64,000 bases of DNA, taken from NCBI RefSeq assembly GCF_006345805.1, contig NC_043011.1, positions 53,332,464-53,396,463 of the forward strand, given 5' to 3'. This stretch comes from Octopus sinensis (lineage: Eukaryota). This document shows positions 52,179 to 64,000 of this stretch, piece after piece. The translations under genes were made by a program, and so were the position numbers. Under the pieces are notes generated by a model. That model searched no databases, had not been told where the DNA came from, and worked only from the letters and a program-made list of their open reading frames with translations. The first letter of the stretch is position 1, and each line of letters opens with the position of its first letter.

Positions 52179-55100
52179 ATATACATATATATACACACAC
52201 ACACACACATATATACTCTTTTTACTGTTCTACTTGTTTCAGTCATTTGACTGCAGCCATGCTGGAGCACCGCCTTTAGTCGAACAAATCGACCCCAAGA
52301 CTTATTCTTTGGAAGTCTAGTACTTATTCTACCAGTCTCTTTTGCCGAACCTCCAAGTTACAAGGATGTAAACACACCAGCATCGGTTGTCAAGCAATGG
52401 TGGGGGGACAAACACAGGCACAAACAAACACACACACACACATATATACGATGGACTTCTTTCAGTTTCTGCCTACCAAATCCACTCACAAGGCTTTGGT
52501 CTGCCCGAAGCTATAGTAGGAGGTACTTGCCCAAGGTGCCACAAATGTGGTTGGTAAACAAGCTACTTACCACACAGTCATTCCTGTGCCTATATGTATA
52601 TATGTATGTATATATACACACACACATTTTGAAAAACAAAATGATAATCCTCGTCTCTTCATAAGTCTCCAGACTTTGAGATAATCTATTATTCTCAGTT
52701 TGAACTGGTTCCTTTTTATCATTAATTCCTTCGGGAAAAAAACATTAACATAAAAATATATGCATTACCACACACCCATAAATATCAGATTTTTATGTTT
52801 ACCATATATGTCTTGGTTAAATTGACATAAAAAATATCTCACTGCCATAATACCAGATGGAAAGTATGAATTACTATTCAGCCGTAATCTGAATCATTCC
52901 ATGGCAGTGAGTCCTTCTTGTTATCTTTTCCCTGTTCTATACACTAACTTGAACTCAGCTTCCATTCTAGGTAGGGCAATGGTTTGTAGAAATAGAAGTG
53001 GCTACTGAAAATGAATTGAAATAAAAATTCATTAAAAATTTGGGAAAAAGTCTGGGGCTCTCAACTGTAGTTGAACCCCATATGCAAGGTCTTTTCAAAA
53101 AGACCAGTAGTTTGTGGCTGTTCTTTGTAGCATCATCAACTTCCAGGCAAATCAATGGATTGGGCCATATAGTATTTATTTATCTTCAGCAAGCCACAGC
53201 ATACATAGATCAGAATTGGGTTCCTTGACCCACGGGGCCTCAGGGCAAACTGCCCAGTGTCCATACCTTAAGACAACACTGCAACAGCTTATATTTGGCA
53301 ATTTGTAGCATGTTGAGGGACAGCATTGAAGTTCTAGTGTCTTTCATATATTAGGTCAAATGGGAATTGAGAGTTCTACTAGATTAACATGTTCCATTAA
53401 TCCCCATCAACTCCTGTTTGGCAAAGTCAAGTTTAAATTTAAGATGGCTATTGTTTTATCACCATCTGACCCTTTGGTATTTAAACTGACCAGATCTCGC
53501 CAAAACATTCTATCTGTTTTATGTTCAAAGTGACCAGATCCAGCCTCTTCAACTTACCTTACAATGTCATTCTGAGAATAAAACTATCACATCATCGAAA
53601 TCTCAAAGCTATGAGATAATGTATGGTTAATTCAAAACAATATGAATAAATAAGCACTGCACTGAACATAATAATCTGAAAGCTTAAGGGCTGAAACTCC
53701 AGGAAAGTTCAAAGTTAAAAGGTGTGAGATAACAAAACTCCTACCAACTTTATAGTCCTGCCACTGTTTATAGCAGTTAGCTATTTCACATTGTATGCCT
53801 TGGGGATGACTTTGAACTATATCAAACAGTTGGGCCCTAGTTCAGAAATTCTAAGGTTTTGAAGAATTTGGCCACTACTATTTCATGGTCACTACTATTT
53901 CCAGGTCTACTCCAGCCTGGATATTAGCACCTGTCAGGGCCCCAGTTATGGGCTAATTAGCATATTAAGGCTTACCTACGTATGCATTGTGGAGTGTAGA
54001 GAGCAAGATGAGACAAGTAAGACATCTTGGTCATCCACTGCATCTGTCTATCCTTAGTTGTCTTGACCTGGTCTTGTCACTGGACACAGACAAAATGGTC
54101 AAAGACAAGGGAGTGAGGTGGACAATGTGCAACTCTTCTTCGCATTAAGCAAAGACACAGCATAAGTCAACAGTCTTCCTTAAGGAAAGCCAGGTGGTCC
54201 TCGTTGCTCCATTGGATGAGCAAGACTTTGGTCAAAGGCACAAGAGTCACTGCCAAGGACATGATATGAACCACTAACCTCTAAGTTGGCTCCTATATCA
54301 CTTTAAACAAAGTCATAGCATAAGTCAACAGTCATCCATTAGGATAACCAGATGGTCCTCTGGGCTCCAAAGGAAGAGCATAATTTCACATAGAATGGAA
54401 TTAACCATTTAGACCAGAGTTTCTCAACCATTTTTTTTACCTATGAACCCCTTTGATTCCTATTTTATTCTGGTGGACCCCTAGAATCATTGAATGCTTA
54501 AAAACTAATTCTATAGAAACTTCTTTCAAAATTCTTATTTTGTTTTTCACACATTAACTTGTATAGGTTGAATTATGTAAAATGCTAGAGAAAGATACCC
54601 AGCTATTTCTTGAAATCACTGTGATCACCGTGACCGACCAGGCAATCAGATGTTGCAACACATCGATGGTCACAATGCACTTCGCATCGTTTTAGCCTTC
54701 AAATGACACCACCCCGCTGGCTAAGTGAGCAGGCCAATTTCTTGCAATAAATATCAATAAATATATCTAAAGCAAAACCTTCCCAGGGTCCCTTAAAATA
54801 CTATTGTGGATCTTTAATTTATTATATCATTACATGAACCCCTAAAAATCTTATGCGAACCCACTCATAAATTATCATAGGAAAGGCTTTTCAAGAGCTG
54901 ACAAGCTTGTTTTTGTGTATATCTTTGAAAAAATTATCAAATCAAAATGAAATGCATCTTCATTGCTGAATTTTCCTTAATGCCAGAAAATACACTGTTT
55001 TTGGCAACGAATGCTGCAGAACTGCAATAACAGGATGCAAACTGCTGACACACCAAGTTTCATTATCTGACATTCTGTTTACTCAGATATTGTAACATTC

Positions 55101-55545
55101 TAAAGCTCATTGCTCAAAGATAAGGAGACACTCATCAATTATACAATACTCTCATTAATTACCATGGTGAAACAGTATGTATTGCACAGCATCTGTTTAC
55201 AATTAGGTTAGTTAAAAAGAGAAATCTGCTTTAAGCCTACAGGCTCATTAACCCTTTAGCAATCAGGTTTTTCTGTCGAATATAATAATGTTTATTTATT
55301 CACATTGTTTTGAATTAATCATGCATTAATCTCATAGCATTGAGATTTTGATGATGAGATTGTATATTTTTAGAGTGACATTCTAGCCTGGGTGTCAGAG
55401 GCCAAAGCTGGCTGGTTTGAATATGAAACAAAAAGAATATTTGGGCAGGATATGGCCAGTTTCTAAGTCGTTTGCTGTATTTTCTGGCATACAAAACAAA
55501 TTTGTCAGACCAAAATTTAGTCAAAAAAAAAAAAGATAAGTCAAC

Positions 55546-56352
55546 TTAGGTGCAGGTGTGGCTGTGTGGTAAGTAGCTTGCTAACCAACCACATGGTTCC
55601 GGGTTCAGGCCCACTGCGTGGCATCTTGGGCAAGTGTCTTCTGCTATAGCCCCGGGCCGACCAATGCCTTGTGAGTGGATTTGGTAGACGGAAACTGAAA
55701 GAAGCCCGTTGTATATATGTATATATATGTATATGTATGTGTGTCTGTGTTTGTCCCTAGCATTGCTTGACAACTGATGCTGGTGTGTTTACTTCCCGTC
55801 ACTTAGCGGTTCGGCAAAAGAAACCGATAGAATAAGTACTGGGCTTACAAAGAATAAGTCCCGGGGTCGATTTGCTCGACTAAAGGCGGTGCTCCAGCAT
55901 GGCTGCAGTCAAATGACTGAAACAAATAAAAGAGTTAGGTGCAGGTGTGGCTGTGTGGTAAGTAGCTTGCTAACCAACCACATGGTTCCGGGTTCAGGCC
56001 CACTGCGTGGCATCTTGGGCAAGTGTCTTCTGCTATAGCCCCGGGCCGACCAATGCCTTGTGAGTGGATTTGGTAGACGGAAACTGAAAGAAGCCCGTTG
56101 TATATATGTATATATATGTATATGTATGTGTGTCTGTGTTTGTCCCTAGCATTGCTTGACAACTGATGCTGGTGTGTTTACTTCCCCGTCACTTAGCGGT
56201 TCGGCAAAAGAAACCGATAGAATAAGTACTGGGCTTACAAAGAATAAGTCCCGGGGTCGATTTGCTCGACTAAAGGCGGTGCTCCAGCATGGCTGCAGTC
56301 AAATGACTGAAACAAATAAAAGAGTTAGGTGCAGGTGTGGCTGTGTGGTAAG
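55546..56352 (+). repeat. Head-to-tail tandem of SINE A (2 full units plus 28 bp)
   Basis: Units start at 55546, 55935 and 56325 and are nearly identical (one C indel seen). Confidence 0.9.
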
Positions 56353-58169
56353 ATGGTGGCGAGCTGGCAAAAACATTAGCACACTGGGCGAAATGCTTAG
56401 TGGTATTTCGTCTGTCGTTACATTGTGAGTTCAAATTCCGCCGAGGTCGACTTTGCCTTTCATCCTGTCGGGGTCAATAAATTAAGTACTAGTTACGCAC
56501 TGGGGTTGATGTATTCGACTTAGTCCCTTTGTCTGTCCTTGTTTGTCCCCTCTGTGTGTAGCCCCTTGTGGGCAGTAAAGAAATAAGAAGCAAGCTTTCT
56601 TCCCAACTACATGGTTTTGGGTTCAGTCCCACTATGTGACACTTTGGGCAAGTGCCTTCTACGATAGCCTCGAGCTGACCAAAGCCTTGTGAGTGGATTT
56701 GGTAGACGGAAACTGAAAGAAGCCTGTCATATATATGTATATATTTGTGTGTGTGTGTGTCATTGTGTCTGTGTTTGTCACCTGCACTATCACTTGACAA
56801 CTGGTGTTGGTGTGTTTACGTCCCCGTAATTTAGTGGTTCTACAAAAGAGACCAATAGAATAAGTACTAGGCTTACAAAGAATAAATCCTGGGGTCGATT
56901 TCTTTAACTAGAAGGCTGTGCTCCAGCATGGCAGCAGTCAAATGACTGAAACATGTTAAAGAATATAAAAATGTTTAAATCATCCAGTGAGGCAATTTCG
57001 GAAGACCAAAAATTCCATGTGAAATGCAGTAGGATTTGGAAAGAAAGAGAAGATTGAATGTTTACACAATGGACATGCTACCTATAAAATAGATCGATAG
57101 TAACATTTTCCTTTTATGGCAAAATATGCTCCTAATTCAATAAAATTATGAAGGTTACTCTGATTACTATGCATAAAATACAAAATATTTTATTTCTTTG
57201 TAGATTAGGTTCGCATAGCTCACCCCTGTTTTTCAATCTCAGTATTAAAACTACGCATGGAACTGCTGTGGTACACATGCTCTTTCTCTCTTTTACTCTT
57301 TTACTCTTTTACTTGTTTCAGTCATTTGACTGCGGCCATGCTGGAGCACCGCCTTTAGTCGAGCAAATCGACCCCAGGACTTATTCTTTGTAAGCCCAGT
57401 ACTTATTCTATCAGTCTCTTCTGCCGAACCACTAAGTGACGGGGACGTAAACACACCAGCATCGGTTGTCAAGCAATGCTAGGGGGACAAACACAGACAC
57501 ACAAACACACACACACACACATACATACATATATATACATATATACGACAGGCTTCTTTCAGTTTCCGTCTACCAAATCCACTCACAAGGCATTGGTCGG
57601 CCCGAGGCTATAGTAGAAGACACTTGCCCAAGATGCCACGCAGTGGGACTGAACCCGGAACCATGTGGTTGTTTAGCAAGCTAATTACCACACAGCCACT
57701 CCTGCGTACACTCCTACAACAACATTTTCTTTATGCGCTATAAAGGCAGAAGTAAATCTGCCTCCGATTCAGTCACGCACCTATGTTTCACTTATTTTTT
57801 TGTGTGTTTTACTACATAAATGTCACCAACTGCCTACTCTGAGTAATTACTGATGGCACGTGCCTGGTTTACACTATATACTCCACAGACTTGTATGCCG
57901 GAAAATTCAGTGACTGAGAAGACAAGACTCTCTTTGGATGGAACTCCAATCCATCAAAAGGTTAACCCTTAGTCATGAATTTCAGCTATGTAGACTGGAG
58001 TACCAAGAAATGAAGTGTTTTGCTCAAGGTCTCAATATACTTCCCAGCCTGAGAACTGAACCCTTGACTTAATGAACTCCAGTCCAATACTCTAACCACT
58101 TGGCTATGTGCCTTTGCTAACAACCATGAACAGTGGGTATATAAGTATCTATTACACTTATATGTTTAT

Positions 58170-58505
58170 ATGCGTGGCTCAGTGGTTAGAGCGTCGAGCT
58201 TACGATCGTGAGGTTGTGAGCTCGAATCCCAGACCGGGCTGCGTGTTGTATTCTTGAGCAAGACACTTTATTTCACGTTGCTCCAGTTCACTCCGCTGTA
58301 GAAATGAGTTGCGACGTGACAGGTGCCAAGCTGTATCGGCCCCTTTGCCTTTCCCTTGGATAACACTGGTGGCAGGGAGAGGGGAGGCTGGTATGCATGG
58401 GCGACTGCTGGTCTTCCATAAAACAACCTTGCCCAGACTTGTGCCTCAGAGGGTAACTCTCTAGGTGCAAACCCATGGTCAGTGTCTGACCGAATGGGGT
58501 CATTA
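58170..58505 (+). mobile_element. tRNA-derived SINE (family E)
   Basis: GTGGCTCAGTGGTTAGAGC A box, GCTCGAATCCC B box, then the CTTGAGCAAGACACTT core. Confidence 0.7.
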
Positions 58506-59409
58506 CTTATATACTCCATGTTCAACTCTATAGTCAGGAATGCATTACATGGACCATAATCTTCCATTTGTGCCATTATGGGGGTTGGGGTGGTGCAACC
58601 TTGAAACCCATGTTATGTGCCTTATGACCAGCTGTAAAATAACTGATCACAAATGCACTGTCGAACTTCAAGCTATCATCATCATCATCATCATCATCAT
58701 TGCTTAATGTCTGATTTCCATATTGCCATGGGTTGGATGATTTGACTGGAGCTGGCCAGCTTGAGAGCTGTTCAGACTCCAATTGTCTGTTTTGACTCGG
58801 TTTCTGTGGTCCGATGCCCTTCCTAATGTCAGCCACTTTACAGAGTATACCAGGCGCATTTAACATGCTACTAGCACAGGTGCATTTATGAGGCACCAAC
58901 ACGAGTGCATTTCATGTGGCACTAGCACCCAAAAGACAAAGATCTCTCAGCCGAGACAGGGAGTGTGCGGCATGGCCATAAAGGACATGCCTGTATGTAT
59001 GGATGACCACAATTCTACTTAGCTTGATGTAATCCTCATCGAATCAAATTTAAAACCAAAATCCTCAAAGCTCTTTGGTCAGATTAAATAACTCACTAAA
59101 GGGTGATTCAAGACATATATATATAGAGAGAGAGAGAATAACTGGTTGAGAATAGAAGAAATAATGGTGTACCTAGACAAAGACGGGTGGGTGGGGGGTG
59201 AAGGAAGAAACTTTGCAGACTGGCCTAAGCTCAACAATTAGACCACAATAAACCTTACCAGCAAAGACAGAAATAAACACAGCGTGTGCTCAGGCATGAA
59301 AGAGCAGTCTGCAAATTTCTGGAGAAGCAAAATGTAATGGCTTCATTGCTACCATCTTTCATTCTTGCCATCGTCTTTATTGTTATCATTGTTATTAGGA
59401 TTGCCTGAC

Positions 59410-60235
59410 GTCAACGCCAACACCAACACCAACACCAACACCAACACCACCACAGCTACTACTACCACTGCCACTAACGTCATTTGCAAACAGCCACCAC
59501 AACAGTTACTATCATCAACCCCTATGATGACCACAATCACCACCACCACCAATACCATCACCACCACCACTATCACCAACACCACTGCTACCAACACTGT
59601 AACCACTATTACTACTACTGCTGCCACCATTGCCACCACCACCACCACCACTACCACCAATACCACCACCACCAATACCACCACCACCAATACCATCACC
59701 ACCACCACTATCACCAACACCACTGCTACCAACACTGTAACCACTATTACTACTACTGCTGCCTCCATTGCCACCACCACCACCACCACCACCACCAATA
59801 CCACCACCACCACCAATACCACCACCACCACCACCACTGCTACCAACACTAACCACTATTACTACTACTGCTGTCACCATTGCCACCACCACCACCACCA
59901 CCACCAATACCACCACCACCACTGCTACCAACACTAACCACTATTACTACTACCCTGCCACCATTGCCACCACCACCACCGCTACTACTGCTGCCAACAC
60001 TGCTGCCACCACCACCACCACCACTACAATCACCACCATCACCACCATCACCACAGTCACCACTCTCCTCATCACCACTATCAACAGCATGATCTCCATC
60101 ACCCGACTAACTTCCTCTCTACCACCGCCAAAACCACCACTGCTGCTAATACTGACCACTACTACTGCTACTGTGGCCATCACCACAACCACATCCTCCA
60201 CCGTAACTGTTAGCTATGGTGCAACCACCAACAAT
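59410..60235. repeat. (ACC)/(ACT)-based low-complexity array with internal block duplications
   Basis: The block AATACCATCACCACCACCACTATCACCAACACCACTGCTACCAACACTGTAACC occurs near 59551 and again near 59690. Confidence 0.9.
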
Positions 60236-60483
60236 AATAAGTGTTCCTTCACCATAGTTAGATAGCAAAGTACTATTTACAACAAATTTGATTATACTTT
60301 TTACAAATTTAGGTTGGAAAATAATAGAAAGAATTAGTGGAATGCCGAAAAATCTTGCAGTGCACTGTTCAATTATATCCTTCTGGTCCCTAAATTCAAA
60401 TCCCACCAGCTTTGACTTTGCCCCTTTATCCTGGTAGCAGTCAAAAATCAGTCAAAGTTAGTATGGCAAATGTTATTTCTTCT

Positions 60484-61025
60484 TTAACCCTTTAGCATTT
60501 AAACCAACCATATCCAGTTTAGGTATTCCATCTGTTTTATGTTCAAACTGGCTATATTGGGCCCCTCACATCTACCCTACAATGACATTCTGAAAATAAA
60601 CAATCATATCATGGCGCAGGAGTGGCTGTGTGGTAAGTAGCTGGCTTACCAACCACATGGTTCCGGGTTCATTCCCACTGTGTGGCACCTTGGGCAAGTG
60701 TCTTCTACTATAGCCTCGGGCCGACCAAAGCCTTGTGAGTGGATTTGGTAGACGGAAACTGAAAGAAGCCCGTCGTATGTATGTATGTGTGTATGTGTGT
60801 ATGTGCTTGTCCCCCCCCCCAACATCGCTTGACAACCGATGCTAGTGTGTTTACATCCCCGTAACTTAGCAGTTCGGCAAAAGAGACCAATAGAATAAAT
60901 GCTAGGCTTACAAAGAATAAGTCCTGGGGTCGATGTGCTCGACTAAAGTTGGTGCTCCTGCATGGCCACACTCAAATGACTGAAACAAGTAAAAGAGTAT
61001 CATCAAAATCTTAAAGCTATGAGAT
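60484..61025. mobile_element. piggyBac-like MITE family (TTAA-CCCTTTAGCA termini), here split by a SINE
   Basis: TTAACCCTTTAGCA start. Related copies at about 13945-14670, 53470-53690, 55248-55460 and 61860-62037 (ends AAAGGGTTAA). The SINE at 60612-60999 is flanked by a TATCAT duplication. Confidence 0.6.
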
Positions 61026-61509
61026 AAATGCTGTGTAACAAAATTCAAATTTTTTGTTGTCTTTGCACAGTAAGTGTTATTTCCTATTTGCTTCTATCTA
61101 GAAATCAGAGGGAATGTCTACTATTCCCTTCAAACTTTGCTTTTCAGACCTAGACATGATCAATGTTTCCAAACTGACCTACTTTCCATTACATTTCAGA
61201 CTGATTCATCGCTGAATCGTTATAGCAAATATTCTGCTCAATATTTGCTATAATGATATTTGCTTGTCAGTTGCTTGACCTTAACCACTCTTGAGCATCT
61301 CTGATCATGAGCAGGAGTAGTTGGGAAGCATCATTGGCATGTGTTGAGAGGGATTCTTTGGGGGTTTGAATAAATGTAACAAAAGAAAAGTTTGAGGGAA
61401 ATATTAGCCATTTTTCATACTTTGTAGGGGTCAGCTAACAGGAAACAGCAGTTGCTACCCAGGGACAAAAATCTTGTTACACAGTGTAATGTTTGATTTT
61501 ATTTATTTT

Positions 61510-61825
61510 TTTATTTATGTGCCCCCTTTTCAAGCCTAGCCAGGCTCATGGGCCCAGTTTCTCGGTTTCTGTGGCATATGTGTTCCCTCCAGCTGGACAG
61601 GACACCAGTCCATCGCAGTGTTACTCAAGAAACAGGAAGAAAGAGAGAGAGAAAAAATTGGGGCGAAAGAGTACAACAGGGGTCACCACCACCCCCTGCC
61701 GGAGCCTTGTGGAGCTTTTAGGTGTTTTCGCTCAATAAACACACACGACGCCCGGTCTGGGAATCAAAACTGCGATCCTCCGACCGTGAGTCCGCTGCCC
61801 TAACCACTGGGCCATTGTGCCTCCA
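61510..61825 (-). mobile_element. tRNA-derived SINE family D with V-domain-like segment
   Basis: TGGCCCAGTGGTTAG A box and CTGCGATGGACTGG..TCCTGTCCAG segment. Relatives at about 12370-12570 (+), 22855-23120 (-) and 62277-62500 (+). Confidence 0.7.
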
Positions 61826-63124
61826 CTATGTTTGATTTTAGTTCACATTATTATTTATTCACATTCTTTTGAATTATCCAACATTATTTCATGGCTTCAA
61901 GATTTTGATGATCCAATTTTGTATTTCTAGAATGGCATTGTAGGGTAGGAGAGAGGTGCCAGATCTGGTTGGTTTGGACATAAAGTGGGTAGAAAATTTG
62001 GGCTGGATATGGGTGGTTTAAATACTAAAGGGTTAAAACTGGATGTCCATAGGAACTCTTATATGGTCTTATAGCTGGATCTATAACAGAATTAGAGAAG
62101 AAATTCTCGGCATGGATGCAAAATAAAGAATTAAGAGACTTCATAGTCAATTTACAAAAACTGAGGTGCTTGGGTTTGTATAAGGTACTTGGGTACATGG
62201 GTATGCAGGAAATTAGACAGGATCCTGTGTTCTTTCTTTGAGAATTTATTGACTGTATACCACCTCCAAGTAAGTGGAGGGGCGTGGCTTAGTGGTTAGA
62301 GTGTTGGACTCATGATCGTAAGATTGTGGTTTCGATTCCTGGACTGGATGACGTATTGTGTCCTTGAGCAAGACACTTCATTTCATGTTGCTCCAGTCCA
62401 CTCAGATGGCAAAAATGAGTTATCCTGTGAAGGACTGGCATCCCATCCAGGTGGGGGAATATATATGCCATGAAACCAGGAAACCAGCCCTTATGAGTGT
62501 GAATGACTTGAGGAGGTAACTTTGCCTTTGCCTTTTACCTCCAAGTAAGCTTTTCTTATATCTTTTGCATCTTTACCTGCACTCATCTCAATTGGGTATC
62601 TCTCTCTAGACCTTGCTCTAACCATTTTAAACTCAATAGAACCATTTCATACCTGCAATATTCTTGCATCAAATTTTTCTAAATTTTTTTTTTTAACATC
62701 GGTACAACATACTTTTTGAAAATTAAAATTAATATTTCTCATGACACATTAGTTAAGTTTCGTTAGCAAATTGAAATAAATAAATAAATAAATAAATAAA
62801 TATTGATTTATATGTCACCAATCACAAATTTAACCGTTTAGATTCTTGAATATATTTCACAACCAAAATAATTGATCTGACCAAATTTCATGACACACCT
62901 GAGATAATCGATGACGCACTTAAGTATAGTGGCACGTACTTTGGAAACCTGTGAATAACACAACAGGTGTAGTTTAGCCCCAAGCCAATACAGACTTATC
63001 AGGCCAATGATCAAAAGCATTCCAGCCATGACCAGCCCATCCATTTCTTTGGTATTGAAGATGTAAATCTTAATTATCTACTGTATCTCTTCTGGCATGC
63101 TAACAATTCTCCCAGCTCACAACA

Positions 63125-63162
63125 TTAATAATAATAAAAATAACATTAATAATAACAACAAC

Positions 63163-63219
<57 letters not shown>

Positions 63220-63482
63220 TTCTACTAAAGGCACAAGGCCTGAAATTTGGGGGGAGAGGACTAGTCGATTACATTGACCCTAGTATTTCATTGGTACTTA
63301 ATTTCCTGACCCTGAAAGAATGAAAGGCAAAGTTGACCTTGGCAGAATTTGAACTCAGGAGATAGCAACGGGCGAAATACCTCAAAGCATTTCGACCAGA
63401 GTGCTAACGATTCTGCCAGCTAGCCGGCTTAATGATGATGATAATGATGATGATGATGATGATGATGACGACGATGATTATG

Positions 63483-63552
<70 letters not shown>

Positions 63553-63593
63553 AATAATGATAACATAATAATAATACTAATAATAATATTAAT

Positions 63594-63633
<40 letters not shown>

Positions 63634-63780
63634 TAATACTAATAATAATAATAATAATAATAATATTAATAATAATAATAATAATCATAATAATAATAAT
63701 GATAATAATAATAATAATAAGAAGAAGAAGAAGAAGAACAACAACAACAACAACAACAACAATAACAACAACAGCAACAG
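63125..63780. repeat. (AAT)n array split by a SINE B, grading into (GAT)/(GAA)/(CAA)
   Basis: Direct reading. Confidence 0.95.
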
Positions 63781-64000
63781 CGTTAAGACAAGGACTCTAA
63801 GAGTGTAATTAGATAACCGAGAAGAACGGAGTTTTCGCAACGTTGGGTATCGGAGAAATTCTGATCTGGTATTTCAGAATTGCTGATCTGAGAAACGTGA
63901 CTAAACGGTGAATCAAGTCGGTATTTTCTTGCTCTTGCTGCTTTACTGCTGAATGCTGATTGGCTTGCTGGCCGTAACAGTAGCAGTGACACAGCAATCA

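Noticed and set aside
55546-56162. Duplicated 75-aa ORF suggesting a small gene family
   Set aside because: Antisense translation of SINE A, recurring wherever the SINE occurs.
58175-58235. tRNA gene candidate
   Set aside because: A/B boxes are present but acceptor and T stems do not close, and it runs into a SINE body. The same applies to 12370 and 62280.
59349-60265. Thr-rich mucin-like ORFs
   Set aside because: Open in several frames on both strands because of (ACC)n composition. No signal peptide or domain evidence.

Overview
AT-rich, repeat-dominated eukaryotic non-coding DNA. The tRNA-derived SINE families and the dense (TA)n/(CA)n/(TCTA)n/(ATC)n/(TAA)n microsatellites resemble an octopus (coleoid cephalopod) genome; this is an inference from recognising the repeats. 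No intact protein-coding gene is supported. Almost all listed ORFs are translations of microsatellites or SINEs. Supported features: one intact tRNA-Arg(TCT) gene; dozens of copies of at least 4 SINE families; decayed DD37D (maT) Tc1/mariner elements; pogo/Tc2-, hAT- and piggyBac-like MITEs; a Helitron/HINE-like element; and decayed RTE, R4/Dong and Penelope-like (PLE) retroelement fragments. The main unexpected signal is 8 type I hammerhead-ribozyme motifs read directly from the sequence. Two of them, 25 kb apart, share a 77-nt branched helix II domain that aligns without gaps at only about 51% identity with compensatory pair changes. One has a U3:A8 compensatory core. Two sit in the arms of a 435-bp near-perfect palindrome. 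Self-cleavage is predicted, not shown.
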